This document shows, piece after piece, positions 1 through 10,545 of a stretch of 64,000 bases of DNA. The position numbers and the translations under genes were made by a program. The stretch's first letter is position 1. Every line of letters starts with the position of its first letter. Under the pieces are notes generated by a model. The model ran no database searches. It was given only the letters and a program-made list of their open reading frames with translations, and was not told where the DNA came from. Where the stretch lies: contig JAGXFQ010000040.1 in assembly GCA_024637145.1 (NCBI GenBank), forward strand, positions 37,948 through 101,947, given 5' to 3'. The stretch is from Desulfobulbaceae bacterium. GTDB lineage: Bacteria > Desulfobacterota > Desulfobulbia > Desulfobulbales > SURF-16.

Positions 1-2
1 CC

Positions 3-305
3 AGTGGCTCCCGCCTCAAACTGCGCTATGAGCCGGGGGCGCCGCCGGTCTTGGCCGTGCGGATCCAGGAGATGTTCGGCATGGAGGACACACCGACGGT
101 CTGCCAGGGCAGGGTGCCGGTGCTGGTCCATCTCCTCTCGCCGGCCCAGCGCCCCATCCAGGTGACCCGGGACCTCCGGGGTTTCTGGCGCACCACCTAC
201 CAGGAGGTGAAAAAAGAGCTGAAGGGCCGCTATCCCAAACATTTTTGGCCGGACGACCCCCTTGTTGCCGAGGCACGGCGCGGAGTCAGGCCACGGAAGG
301 CGTAG
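3..305 (+). CDS. hrpB: ATP-dependent helicase HrpB, C-terminal fragment (gene starts before the window)
   Basis: Frame reads SGSRLKLRY..PVLAVRIQEMFG..LLSPAQRPIQVTRDLRGFW..Y..VKKELKGRYPKHFWPDDP, the HrpB_C signature. Confidence 0.93.
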   Translation, partial: SGSRLKLRYEPGAPPVLAVRIQEMFGMEDTPTVCQGRVPVLVHLLSPAQRPIQVTRDLRGFWRTTYQEVKKELKGRYPKHFWPDDPLVAEARRGVRPRKA

Positions 306-472
306 TTTTTTAACGGGCGGGGAACGCGCGGTGGGTTGAAAAAAAGGACACCATAGAGAGGTCTGGGGCGGTCAGGGCATATTTTTCGAGGGTGCCTCAA
401 CAGACCGGCGCAGAAAAAGAAAAAGGCACCGCCCGGAACACGAACCCGGCCCAGAGCTGCCCCTGGCCCGGG

Positions 473-1639
473 CTACTCCTTCTCCAGGTCCGGGTAATAT
501 TTTTTCAGGCACTTTTCGCAAATACCGTGGCTGAACTCGACACCGGCATGGTCATAAAGGTATTTTTCCAGCTTGTTCCAGTAGCCCTTGTCGTCACGAA
601 TCTCCTTGCAGTGCATACAGATGGGGATAATGCCCTGCAGGGTTTTTATTTCAGTCAGGGCCTTTTGCAGTTCATCGTTGGTGGCCTGCAGCTCCGAGGT
701 GCGTTCTCGCACCTTTTCCTCCAGATTATCCATGTGGTGCGAGAGTTTCAGGGACATGGTGTTGAAGGTGGTGGTCAGCTCCCTGAGCTCACGGGTGAGC
801 GGTAAGGCTATTTCCCTGTCGAGGAGCGCCTCATTTTCGCTGATCCGGCTGGCCTTGTCCTGCAGTCTGGTTATGGGCCTGATCACCAGAAAGCGATGGA
901 TAAGGTACTGGATGGCAAAGATGAGCAACAGGCTGAGGACAAAGATCTTGGAGAGATGACGGGAAAAGATGGCAGCCCGTTCATAGGCGGCGGAGAGCGG
1001 CACCCGGATTGAGATGGCCGAGATAACTTCGTTTTCATGGCGCTGAAAACTGCGCTCCGAGCCATAGGTGTCAACCAGGCCCTGCGGCGCCTGGTCCGGC
1101 GTGGAGTGGCAGCGCAGGCACGTCTTTTCCATAACCTCGCCGCGCCGCAGGGTCACATAATAATGCTGGCCGTTGATGTTGCGGATCAGGGAACGATAGT
1201 CAAGCTCCGGCGTGCTGTTTAACTCCTTGATAAACGCCCGTTCAAAGGCATCCGCCTCATTGGCTGGATTGCGGGCGTTAATGGCGCATTCCTTATAATA
1301 ATAATCTTCCTTGATTAACGATTTGAAGTGTTTGTCTATTTCACGAACGGCAAAGGTGGAAGACATCCAGGCCGGCTCAAAATAGCTGGTCGGCTGCTCG
1401 CTGCTGCGCAGGAGTTCAAAGACCTTGGGTTTCAGGGTGTGGGAGAAATAGGTGTGGGTTGCCAGGTTATGGTCCAGGATCAGTTCCGCTTTTTTTTCCG
1501 CCTCCAGAAGGGCCTGGCGCCGTTCCTCTTGCTGGACGGCATGGATCAGGTATAGGGCCAGAATCACCAGGACAAGGGCCAGGCCGAAATTCAGGTAGAG
1601 GCCGAGGCCGGGCCGAAAAGATTTTTTTTGCGTAGGCAT
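473..1639 (-). CDS. Membrane sensor: heme-c DUF3365 (Tll0287-like) periplasmic domain, HAMP, Cys-rich C-terminal domain
   Basis: Two TM segments around a region with NARNPANEADAFE and CLRCH; HAMP (RPITRL..ELRELTTTFNTM); tail IPICMHCKEIRDDKGYW..FSHGICEKC. Start uncertain (1639 or 1687). Confidence 0.8.
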   Translation of the reverse strand: MPTQKKSFRPGLGLYLNFGLALVLVILALYLIHAVQQEERRQALLEAEKKAELILDHNLATHTYFSHTLKPKVFELLRSSEQPTSYFEPAWMSSTFAVREIDKHFKSLIKEDYYYKECAINARNPANEADAFERAFIKELNSTPELDYRSLIRNINGQHYYVTLRRGEVMEKTCLRCHSTPDQAPQGLVDTYGSERSFQRHENEVISAISIRVPLSAAYERAAIFSRHLSKIFVLSLLLIFAIQYLIHRFLVIRPITRLQDKASRISENEALLDREIALPLTRELRELTTTFNTMSLKLSHHMDNLEEKVRERTSELQATNDELQKALTEIKTLQGIIPICMHCKEIRDDKGYWNKLEKYLYDHAGVEFSHGICEKCLKKYYPDLEKE

Positions 1640-1956
1640 TTCTTGTCCCGTGGTGGCGCGCTTTTTCGCCGCATTTTTTACTTTCAAGGGGCTGGGCGGC
1701 GCTGCTGTGCTTCTCCTGTGCAGGGCTGAGCTGTTTCAGGCCCTGCCGGACAAGGTGGTGATTGGCTCATTCCATGAGCTTTCCATGGACCATACCTGGC
1801 GGTGAAAAGCAAGGGTGAATAGATGGCCCGGGCCTTGCCATTGGCGCAGGGGCAGGGTAAGGTATCTACCCTGGCAGCGACAACGGTTTGCCGGCGCGCC
1901 GGCCGGAATTTTGTTGTATCGGTTCCCCCTCTTTGACCATGGTCCGCTACTCGTCC

Positions 1957-2247
1957 ATGCCCTATCTCACTGAAAATAAAGACGGTACGGTTGTCTTGCG
2001 TCTCTATATCCAGCCCAAGGCCTCGCAGAACAAGTTCTGCGGTCTGCATGGCGAGGAGCTGAAGCTGGCCATCACGGCCCCGCCGGTGGAGGGCCAGGCC
2101 AATAAGGCGGTGCAGGCCTTTGTGGCCAGGTTCTTCAAGGTTCCCAAGGCAGCGGTGATTCTGGCCAGCGGTCAGCAGAGCCGCCATAAGCGGCTGATCA
2201 TCAAAGGCATTGCCGGTGCAGAGGCGCGCCGCAAGATAGAGGGCTGA
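1957..2247 (+). CDS. DUF167 (YggU/UPF0235) family protein
   Basis: LYIQPKASQN..LKLAITAPPVEGQAN..SGQQSRHK. Confidence 0.9.
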   Translation: MPYLTENKDGTVVLRLYIQPKASQNKFCGLHGEELKLAITAPPVEGQANKAVQAFVARFFKVPKAAVILASGQQSRHKRLIIKGIAGAEARRKIEG

Positions 2248-2366
2248 AAAGGCAGCGTACCCTCTTTATTTTCTGTTGCCGGCCTTGAGATTTCAGGCCA
2301 CTTCGTTTATCTTTTCCCCCACCATCAAGCTCCTCTTCGACTCCTTCTCTTTAATGAGTGGTTCCC

Positions 2367-2855
2367 ATGAAGATCGGCGTTCTTTCCGATACCCATATCA
2401 GCGCGCCCACCAGGAGTTTTCTCAACCAGACCGCCCGCTGTTTTGCCCATTGTCAGGTGATCTTTCATGCCGGTGATCTCGTTGATCTTTCTGTGCTTGC
2501 CGCCTTTCAGGGCAAAGAGGTTTATGCCGTGCACGGCAATATGTGCCACTCCGCGGTGCGCCAGAAGCTGCCCGCCCAGACCGTGATTGAATTGGCCGGC
2601 TTTCGGTTTGGCCTCACCCATGGCATGTTGTACCGCCAGCACGTGGAGGAGAACCTGTACCGCGATTTCCCCCCGGTGGACTGCATTGTTTCCGGCCATA
2701 CCCATATCCCGGTCTGTCACCAGCTCTTTGGCGTCCTGTTTATGAACCCGGGCAGCTTCATGGGCAGCGGCCGCTTTGGCGCCGCCGGCACCTATGGCAT
2801 TATTGAGGTGGGGGAAACCATCCGCGGTCGGATCCTGGAGGTGCCCCCTGTCTGA
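2367..2855 (+). CDS. Metallophosphoesterase, YfcE/MJ0936 family
   Basis: Motifs SDTH, HAGD, GNM, THG, GHTH, NPGS. Confidence 0.92.
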   Translation: MKIGVLSDTHISAPTRSFLNQTARCFAHCQVIFHAGDLVDLSVLAAFQGKEVYAVHGNMCHSAVRQKLPAQTVIELAGFRFGLTHGMLYRQHVEENLYRDFPPVDCIVSGHTHIPVCHQLFGVLFMNPGSFMGSGRFGAAGTYGIIEVGETIRGRILEVPPV

Positions 2856-2995
2856 AGGGCCTTTGTGCCCTGCCGGCAGGATGCGGGCAAGACCTCTGCT
2901 TTCTGGTTGGGCCGCCCTCTGACCCGGAAGCCTTTAGGTGTGTGCAGTGGTGCAGATGCCGGACCAGAAATCAACAGAGTGAAATCAGAAAAGAG

Positions 2996-5668
2996 ATGAG
3001 CAAAAAGGCCCCCAAAATAACCCCCATGATGCAGCAGTATCTGGAGATCAAGCAGCAGCATCCGGATGCCATCCTCTTTTACCGGCTGGGGGATTTTTAC
3101 GAGATGTTCTTTGAGGACGCGGTCACCGCCTCCCGGGTGCTGGGTATCACCCTCACCTCCCGCAACCATAAGGATGACGATAACAAGATCCCTCTGTGCG
3201 GCGTCCCCCACCATGCTGCCCCCGCCTATCTGGCCCGGCTGGTGGAGGCCGGTTTCCGGGTGGCGGTCTGCGAGCAGGTGGAGGATCCTAAAACCGCCAA
3301 GGGCGTGGTGAGGCGTGAGGTGGCCCGGGTGGTGAGCCCGGGCGTGGTCACTGATGCCGCGGTGCTGGATGATAAGTGCAACCGCTATCTCGCCTCTATT
3401 GCCAGGGGTGAGGAGTGGGGCTACAGCCTCCTTGATATCTCCACCGGTGAATTTCTGGTGGCCCAGCAGCCAGAGCTCGCCGCCCTCTTTGACGAACTGG
3501 CCCGCCTGGGACCGGCGGAGATTCTCCTGCCCGACAACCTGCGCGACCAGGACGAGATACAGGAGGCTCTGGCCTGCCTGGGCACGGTCTGTCTGACCGT
3601 GCGGCCCAAAAACCTGTTCCATCCGGAAACCGCCGGCCAGGTGCTGCTGGAACATTTTCAGACCACCAGTATGGCCGGTTTCGGCTGCGCCCATCTCACC
3701 TCCGGCCTGGCCGCGGCCGGCGCCCTGCTCGCCTATGTCCAGGAGACCCAGAAATCGGGCCTTGCCCATATCGAGCGGCTCATCGCCATGGAGACCCAGG
3801 CGGTGCTCATGCTGGATGAGTCGTCCCGCCGCAACCTGGAGCTCACCAAGACCATTATCGGCGCCCAGCGCCAGGGTTCCCTGCTCCATACCCTCGACTT
3901 CACCAAGACCCCCATGGGCTCCCGTCTGCTGGCCAGAAATCTCCTCTTTCCGCTGCGGGACCCGGTGCAGATCAACAAGCGGCTGGAGACAGTGGCCTAT
4001 TTTCACGGCAACGAACCGGTGCAGGGTGATCTGCTCACCCGCCACAATGTCGCCACCGGCGCGGCCAGCCGCGAGGAGCTGCGGGAGCTGCTGGCCGGGG
4101 TCTATGACCTGGAGCGCTTAAACAGCCGGGTGGTTCTGGGCAGCGCCAATGGCCGCGACCTCATCGCCCTGAGCCACTCCCTGGCCCGCCTGCCCCGCCT
4201 TTGTGAGCTCTGTGCCACCAGCCACGGTATCCTGCAGGAGGAGAGCGGGGCCCTGGATCTGCTTACCGATATCCAGGCCCTGCTCTGCCAGGCCATCCGT
4301 GAGGACGCGCCGGTGGGCCTTCGGGAGGGCAGACTGATCAACAGAGGCTTTCACGCGGAGCTGGACGGTTACCTCGCCCTGCTGGTGGATGGCAAGAAGC
4401 TCATCCTGGGCCTTGAGGCCCAGGAGCGGCAAAGCAGCGGCATTGCCAAGCTCAAGATCGGCTTTAACAAGGTGTTCGGGTATTTTATCGAGGTCTCCAA
4501 GGCCCAGGCCGCCAAGGTGCCGGACCATTACATCCGCAAGCAGACCCTGGTCAATGCCGAGCGCTACATCACCCCGGAGCTCAAGGAGTTTGAGGAAAAG
4601 GTGCTGGTGGCTGAGGAAAAAAGACTGGAGCTGGAGTATCGCCTTTTTGTGGAGATCCGCAATCAGGTGGCCGCGGCCTCCTCGCGCATCTTGGCTGCCG
4701 CTTCCTTTGTGGCCCAGGCCGATTATTACACCTGCCTGGCCGAGGCGGCCCGGCGCTATCATTTCCGGCGGCCCCGGGTGGATGATGGTGACGAGATCAT
4801 CATCAAGGAGGGCCGCCATCCGGTGATCGAGGCCGCCATGGCTGCCGGTCGTTTTGTGCCCAATGACATCCATCTCGACCAGAGCAGTCAGGAGGTGTTG
4901 ATCATCACCGGCCCCAATATGGCGGGCAAATCCACGGTGCTGAGGCAGACGGCGCTTATCACCCTGATGGCTCAGATGGGTAGCTTTGTGCCGGCCCGGG
5001 AGGCCAGAATCGGCGTGGTGGACCGCATCTTCACCCGGGTGGGGGCCATGGATGATCTGCGCCGCGGCCAGTCTACCTTTATGGTGGAGATGAATGAGAC
5101 CGCCAATATCCTCAACAACGCCACGGAAAACAGCCTGGTGATCCTGGATGAGATCGGCCGCGGCACCTCCACCTTTGACGGCCTGGCCATTGCCTGGGCC
5201 GTCACCGAGGATCTGGTGGCTAAAAACGGCAAGGGCGTCAAGACTATCTTTGCCACCCACTACCATGAGCTCATCGAGCTGGCCCGCACCCATAAGCGGG
5301 TGAAGAATTTCCATATCGGCGTCCGGGAGTGGGATGATACCATCATCTTCCTCCACAAGCTGCTGCCCGGCGGCACCAGCCGCAGCTACGGCATCCAGGT
5401 GGCTGCCCTGGCCGGGGTGCCCCGGCATGTGGTGGAACGGGCCAAGGAGCTGCTCCATGATATTGAAAGCGGGGAATTCGCCACCCTGGGCCAGCCTCCC
5501 TTCAGCCCGGCCAAGGGCAAGAACAAGGGCCAGCCGAGCCAGCTGGATCTCTTCCCCGCGGCCATGGATGGCCTGCGTCAGCGCCTGGCTGCCCTGGACG
5601 TCAACAGCCTCACTCCCCTGGACGCCCTGCAGATGCTTTATACGCTTAAAGATGAGGCCCAGGGATGA
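2996..5668 (+). CDS. mutS: DNA mismatch repair protein MutS
   Basis: TPMMQQY..GDFYEMF N-terminus, Walker A TGPNMAGKST, STFMVEM, DEIGRGTST, SYGIQVA. Confidence 0.98.
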   Translation: MSKKAPKITPMMQQYLEIKQQHPDAILFYRLGDFYEMFFEDAVTASRVLGITLTSRNHKDDDNKIPLCGVPHHAAPAYLARLVEAGFRVAVCEQVEDPKTAKGVVRREVARVVSPGVVTDAAVLDDKCNRYLASIARGEEWGYSLLDISTGEFLVAQQPELAALFDELARLGPAEILLPDNLRDQDEIQEALACLGTVCLTVRPKNLFHPETAGQVLLEHFQTTSMAGFGCAHLTSGLAAAGALLAYVQETQKSGLAHIERLIAMETQAVLMLDESSRRNLELTKTIIGAQRQGSLLHTLDFTKTPMGSRLLARNLLFPLRDPVQINKRLETVAYFHGNEPVQGDLLTRHNVATGAASREELRELLAGVYDLERLNSRVVLGSANGRDLIALSHSLARLPRLCELCATSHGILQEESGALDLLTDIQALLCQAIREDAPVGLREGRLINRGFHAELDGYLALLVDGKKLILGLEAQERQSSGIAKLKIGFNKVFGYFIEVSKAQAAKVPDHYIRKQTLVNAERYITPELKEFEEKVLVAEEKRLELEYRLFVEIRNQVAAASSRILAAASFVAQADYYTCLAEAARRYHFRRPRVDDGDEIIIKEGRHPVIEAAMAAGRFVPNDIHLDQSSQEVLIITGPNMAGKSTVLRQTALITLMAQMGSFVPAREARIGVVDRIFTRVGAMDDLRRGQSTFMVEMNETANILNNATENSLVILDEIGRGTSTFDGLAIAWAVTEDLVAKNGKGVKTIFATHYHELIELARTHKRVKNFHIGVREWDDTIIFLHKLLPGGTSRSYGIQVAALAGVPRHVVERAKELLHDIESGEFATLGQPPFSPAKGKNKGQPSQLDLFPAAMDGLRQRLAALDVNSLTPLDALQMLYTLKDEAQG

Positions 5669-7380
5669 CCACTACCTCTCTTTATGGCGCGGCCCGCTTC
5701 CCGGCTGTGGCCTGCCTGGTCTGGGTCTGCCTGCTGCTGGGGCTCCTGACCCCGGCCTCTTCCCCGGCGGCGGCCCTTGATTTCGCGGCTAAGCGCTATA
5801 AACAGGCGGCCTCCTACTACAACAACAGCTGCAGCTTCAACAAGAGCGTGAGCCGCAACCAGTGGCAGGAATGTCTGCGCCTCTTTCAAAAGGCCCATGA
5901 GGCCGGGCCAGACCATCAGGAGGTGGCCCCCAAGAGTCTTTTCATGATGGCCAAGATCTACGGCAAGGCCTACGAGCAGTACGGCATGCGCGAGGACCTC
6001 AAGGCCTCGGCCACCTATTATGAGAAACTGACCCTCCTCTTTCCCCGCCATTCCCTGGCCGATGACGCCATGGTGGCCCTGGGCAAAATCGTGGTGAGTA
6101 CCAGGCAGAGCCGTGATGTGGTGGATGGCCAGGGTCTGTTGGACAAGGCCCTGGCGGTGTATGGTGCTGACCAGGCCATGGATGATACGGCCGGTTTTCT
6201 CCTCAACCGGCTGCAGGAGCATTCCGGCCAGCGGCACAGCGGCGCAGCTGAGGCCGGGCCCGCCGCTGGTAACGCCAGCCAGCCCGCCGCCCATGCTGCC
6301 CATATCAACCGGCCGGTGCGCTTCTGGTCCAACAAAAACTATACCCGGGTGGTCATCGAGACCTCAGCCCCGGTGCGCTTCAAGGAACATGTCTTAAAGG
6401 CCAATGGCGCTCTGCCGGCCCGCTTCTATGTGGATCTTTTTGACTGCCGCATTCCTCCCACCTATCAGAATCCGGTCACCATCCAGGACGGTCTTCTGAA
6501 GCGCTCCCGCGCCGCCCAGTATGACCCCTCCACTTCGCGGGTGGTGATTGATCTGGAAACCTTTGCCAAGTACAAGATCTTCAGCCTCGAGGAGCCCTTC
6601 CGGGTGGTGATTGACATCACCGGCCTCGAGGAGGACCCGGAAGTGCCTCTGCTCTTCCGCCAGCCCTGGGATAAAGGCAAAGAGTTTACCCTGGCTGAGC
6701 AGCTGGGGCTGGGAGTAAAGACCATTGTTATTGATGCCGGCCATGGGGGCAAGGACCCGGGCGCCATTGCCCGCACCGGTCTGCGCGAAAAGGATGTGGT
6801 GCTCAAGGTGGCCTTAAAGACCCGGGATCACTTGCTTAAGAAGGGCTACAAGGTGGTGCTGACCAGAAGTACGGATATCTTCCTGCCCCTGGAAGAGCGC
6901 ACCGCCATTGCCAACACTGAAAATGCCGATCTCTTTCTGTCCATCCATGTCAACGCCGCCCCCAATCGGCAGGCCCGCGGCCTGGAGACCTATTATCTGA
7001 GCCTGGCCACCACGGACGAAGAGAAACAGGCGGCAGCCATGGAAAACGCCGTCTCCTCTAAACAGCTTTCCGCCCTGCAGTCCATCCTCTCTGATATCAT
7101 GAATAATTCCAAGATTGAGGAGTCGCGCAAATTTTCCACTGCCGTGCAGAACTCCCTGGCCTCAGGCATGAACAAACGCTATGGTAACGTCAAAGATCTG
7201 GGGGTCAAAAAGGCGCCTTTTTTTGTCCTTATCGGGGCCCAGATGCCGGCGGTGCTGGCGGAACTTGCCTTCCTCTCCAACACGGGTGAGGAAAAAAGGC
7301 TGCGCAGCGAGGGCTACCTGGACGCCCTTGCCGCTGAGCTTGCCAATGGTGTGGATATGTACAGCCGCTCCCTGCACTAA
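5665..7380 (+). CDS. N-acetylmuramoyl-L-alanine amidase (TPR-like + AMIN + Amidase_3)
   Basis: Signal peptide; AMIN-like YTRVVIE; IVIDAGHGGKDPGA, LEERTAIAN, SIHVNA, PAVLAE; 4-bp overlap with mutS. Confidence 0.93.
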   Translation: MTTTSLYGAARFPAVACLVWVCLLLGLLTPASSPAAALDFAAKRYKQAASYYNNSCSFNKSVSRNQWQECLRLFQKAHEAGPDHQEVAPKSLFMMAKIYGKAYEQYGMREDLKASATYYEKLTLLFPRHSLADDAMVALGKIVVSTRQSRDVVDGQGLLDKALAVYGADQAMDDTAGFLLNRLQEHSGQRHSGAAEAGPAAGNASQPAAHAAHINRPVRFWSNKNYTRVVIETSAPVRFKEHVLKANGALPARFYVDLFDCRIPPTYQNPVTIQDGLLKRSRAAQYDPSTSRVVIDLETFAKYKIFSLEEPFRVVIDITGLEEDPEVPLLFRQPWDKGKEFTLAEQLGLGVKTIVIDAGHGGKDPGAIARTGLREKDVVLKVALKTRDHLLKKGYKVVLTRSTDIFLPLEERTAIANTENADLFLSIHVNAAPNRQARGLETYYLSLATTDEEKQAAAMENAVSSKQLSALQSILSDIMNNSKIEESRKFSTAVQNSLASGMNKRYGNVKDLGVKKAPFFVLIGAQMPAVLAELAFLSNTGEEKRLRSEGYLDALAAELANGVDMYSRSLH

Positions 7381-7464
7381 AATACCCTTTGTCCTGCTTC
7401 CCTGGAAAGGGTACGGGGCTCTATTTTTTATTTTAACTCTATAATCCTGAAGGTCTGAAGAGAG

Positions 7465-7866
7465 ATGAAGATACTTATTGCCGAGGACAATTTTGTGGCG
7501 CGAAATATTCTGCACAAGCAGCTGGCAGCTCTTGGTGAGGTGGATAGTGCCGGGAATGGCAGAGAGGCCTTGGAGGCGGTGAAGATAGCCCTGGAAGGGC
7601 ATGCACCCTATGGGCTGATTTGTCTGGATGTCACTATGCCCGAGTTGAGCGGCATCGGGGCCTTGCAGGGTATCCGCCGCCTGGAGATCCAGGGCGGCGT
7701 AAAAGAGCAGAACAGGGCCAAGATACTCATGACCACCGGTCATTCCGATCGGCAAAAGGTGCTGGCCTCTGCCAAGGCGGGCTGTGATGCTTATATGATC
7801 AAACCCATCACTCGGCTCCGCCTTTTTGAGGAGCTCAGCAAGCTCGGTATCGCAGCAACCGCATAG
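7465..7866 (+). CDS. Single-domain response regulator (CheY-like)
   Basis: ILIAED, LDVTMP, MTT, KP receiver motifs. Confidence 0.92.
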   Translation: MKILIAEDNFVARNILHKQLAALGEVDSAGNGREALEAVKIALEGHAPYGLICLDVTMPELSGIGALQGIRRLEIQGGVKEQNRAKILMTTGHSDRQKVLASAKAGCDAYMIKPITRLRLFEELSKLGIAATA

Positions 7867-7913
7867 AGCGGCAAAGAGTGGGCGCAGGTGAAAATCACCA
7901 GCAGCCAGGCGCC

Positions 7914-8645
7914 TTACAGCTCAAAGTCACAGACCATGGGGGCGTGGTCTGAGAAGTGGACATCCGGGATGTGAAAATTGGAGACTCTGAGCTCGGGGCT
8001 GTGGAGGATAAAGTCGAGCTGACGGTGGGGCATTTTGCTGGGATGGGAGGGCCTGCCCCCCTCATTGGCGCTTTTGAGACCGGTGGCGCCCAGGAAGAGG
8101 TTCAGTTCACGAGAGCCCCGGAAGCAGTTGAAGTCGCCGGCCACAATCACCGGTTTCTGCACCTTTTTGAGGAGACCGTAGAGGTCCTCGAGCTGATGTT
8201 GTCGGAGGCGGTACTTGAGGGCCAGATGGACCACAAAAATGGTGACATCGGGCAACTCTGCCTCAATGACCAGTCGTTTGACCCCCTCCTGAAAATAATG
8301 GAAATGGTGGCTGAGAAAGGCCTCCTTACTGATCAGGGCATTGCCCTGTTTTCGGAGGATAGGGGTTCTGGAGGCCAGGGAACCGTTACCGTATTTAGGC
8401 TCCACCAGGTGGGCGTGCTGCATGGCGTCGGCAATGGCAGCGGCCTGGCAGCACGCTTTCATCCGGTAGGAGCCGCAGTCCACCTCAACCAGGGCGGTGA
8501 TATCCGGTTCCTCTGATTTGATGAAGGAGGTGATGGCCTTCATATTGATGGTGCTGGACTTCAGCATGCCGGCATAGGGTAGCGGCAGGTGAAAGCGGGC
8601 GCCGCTGCCGGTGGCATAGCGTATGTTATAAAGAAGGAAGCGCAT
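7914..8645 (-). CDS. Endonuclease/exonuclease/phosphatase family protein
   Basis: YNI, LVEVD, VAGDFN, LDFI, SDHAP motifs. Confidence 0.9.
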   Translation of the reverse strand: MRFLLYNIRYATGSGARFHLPLPYAGMLKSSTINMKAITSFIKSEEPDITALVEVDCGSYRMKACCQAAAIADAMQHAHLVEPKYGNGSLASRTPILRKQGNALISKEAFLSHHFHYFQEGVKRLVIEAELPDVTIFVVHLALKYRLRQHQLEDLYGLLKKVQKPVIVAGDFNCFRGSRELNLFLGATGLKSANEGGRPSHPSKMPHRQLDFILHSPELRVSNFHIPDVHFSDHAPMVCDFEL

Positions 8646-8846
8646 TCAGGTATTGACTGGGAAAGAGGATGTTGTTGTCTGTAAAAACTATTTATTGTAA
8701 ATGGTTTTGGCAGGAATGTCACGGTCAGGGCAGGTTGGTTCCTTTCTTTCTGAACCAGGGCCCTGGCAAAAAGAGGGTGATCAGGTGAAAAAGTTCAAAA
8801 AAAATATTCTTTTGCCGGGCCTTTGCCGCTGCCGGGCCGGCAGGCT

Positions 8847-9953
8847 ATGATGGCGGCCAATTCCAGGGCGGCGCAGCAGGGCTGGTTGCGGCAGCTTGTC
8901 GCTGAACACCGGCAGATCTGCTGGCTCCATCGCCTGGATCTCACCTCCCCGGTCCTGGAGATTATGGAGGATAGCAGCAAAGCCGGCTCCTGGACGGCCG
9001 GTTTTGCCAGTCTGAAAATCGCTGACTGGCTGATCAGGGAGCACAGCTGGGATGTGGTCCTGGAGGTCCTCCGGCATGAGATGGCCCATCAATATGTCCA
9101 TGAGGTGATGGGGCAGGGGCACCAAAGGCCGCACGGCCCGGCCTTTCAAGAGGCGTGTCGCAAAGTGGGGGTCCATCCCCGGTTTTGCCGGGCCACGGGC
9201 ACCATTCCCCTTTTCCTCAAGGGTGCGGAGGCCGGGCCGCAGCCCGTGGCCATCCTTGCCAAGGTGGAAAAACTCTTCTCCCTGGCCCAAAGCACCAATG
9301 AGCATGAAGCCGCCCTGGCCATGGCCAAGGCCAATCTGCTGCTGCGCCGGCATAATATCAGCAGGCTTGAGCAACAGATCTCGGCCCGCTACGACTCTCT
9401 CATTATCAATGAGGGCCGGCAACAGATCACGGCCGTGCAGCGGGCCATGGCCGCCATCCTCAAGGATTTTTTCTATGTGCAGGTGGTTATCGGCCGCCAG
9501 TTTGACGCCGGCTCAGGGAAGAGCCACCGGGTTATCGAACTCCTGGGGGCGGCGGAAAATCTGGCAGTGGCCGAATATGTCTATTTTTTCCTCGGCCAGC
9601 GGCTGGAGGTCCTGTGGCAGGGGTTCCGGAGGCTGGGCGGGGTGCCGGGCCGGGAAAAAAGATCCTACCACCTGGGGGTGCTCAAGGGCTTTGAGGCCAG
9701 GCTGCGCGGCCAGGAACAACAGGCCATGGCCCACCCGGGCGCCCTGACTAATGCCCTGATCTGCAGCCAGGACCAGGGCCTTGTCTGCTTTTGCCGCCAG
9801 CGCCATCCCCGGCTGAGAAATGTCAGGCATAAAGGGGCAAAGCTCTATTGCGGCTCCTATGAGGCCGGTGCCGAAGAGGGCCAGAGACTGGTCATCCATA
9901 AGGCCGTGGCCTCCCGGGGCCGGAAGCGGGTCGGCCTTTTAGCGGGGAGCTGA
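8847..9953 (+). CDS. SprT-like zinc metalloprotease domain + DUF2786 protein
   Basis: LRHEMAHQ (HExxH), HGPAF; KVEKLFSLAQSTNEHEAALAMAKA. Confidence 0.85.
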   Translation: MMAANSRAAQQGWLRQLVAEHRQICWLHRLDLTSPVLEIMEDSSKAGSWTAGFASLKIADWLIREHSWDVVLEVLRHEMAHQYVHEVMGQGHQRPHGPAFQEACRKVGVHPRFCRATGTIPLFLKGAEAGPQPVAILAKVEKLFSLAQSTNEHEAALAMAKANLLLRRHNISRLEQQISARYDSLIINEGRQQITAVQRAMAAILKDFFYVQVVIGRQFDAGSGKSHRVIELLGAAENLAVAEYVYFFLGQRLEVLWQGFRRLGGVPGREKRSYHLGVLKGFEARLRGQEQQAMAHPGALTNALICSQDQGLVCFCRQRHPRLRNVRHKGAKLYCGSYEAGAEEGQRLVIHKAVASRGRKRVGLLAGS

Positions 9954-10007
9954 ACCGGGTCTCGGCCTTTGGCATAAGTCCCCAACCGGGCAGGCTGGGG
10001 AGGTTAT

Positions 10008-10051
10008 AAAAAAAGGCGGCGGCCAAGCTCCTCCTTAACCGCCGCTTTTTT
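10008..10051. terminator. Probable bidirectional intrinsic terminator
   Basis: AAAAAAAGGCGGCGG..CCGCCGCTTTTTT between convergent genes. Confidence 0.55.
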
Positions 10052-10086
10052 ATTGTTGTCTCCCGACCGGGAGAGGGTGTTTAGCG

Positions 10087-10485
10087 TCAGGCATTATCAT
10101 TGACGTCCCGGCTGTTTTTGCCCCAGCGGAAGAGATAATCGTTGACCATGAGCTGCTCATCCAGGGTCATGGAGTCCCAGGAGCCGTCCTGGGCACAGGG
10201 GGGATATTTCTGGCTGAAAACCCGGTTCCAGGCCTTGGCTGTTTTCGACTCCGCCCACAGAAAGGGAGCCCCCTGGTCATTGTCGCGGAAATGACAGCCC
10301 TGGCAGAGGCTTCTGAAGACCTTGCCGCCCTGGCCCCAGGCGCGGCTTTCCCATTCCAGGGGGCCGTGGTCCAGGGTGCGGCAGGTCTTGGTGGTCGCGT
10401 CATAACGTGTTTCAGGCCGGCCAAAGGCCGGAAGGGCTATCCCCATTACCAGCAAAATAACCAGCGCACTTGTTGCCTGTTTCAT
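10087..10485 (-). CDS. Secreted monoheme c-type cytochrome
   Basis: Signal peptide, single CQGCH, RBS GAGGAGG. Confidence 0.85.
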   Translation of the reverse strand: MKQATSALVILLVMGIALPAFGRPETRYDATTKTCRTLDHGPLEWESRAWGQGGKVFRSLCQGCHFRDNDQGAPFLWAESKTAKAWNRVFSQKYPPCAQDGSWDSMTLDEQLMVNDYLFRWGKNSRDVNDNA

Positions 10486-10545
10486 GGCACCTCCTCATAG
10501 GGCGCCACCTGAAAGCCTTGCAGCCTGTGGTGGCGGCAAAAATAA

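Noticed and set aside
2792-5458. Long minus-strand ORFs (417 and 446 aa)
   Set aside because: Antisense shadows of mutS in GC-rich DNA; no motifs
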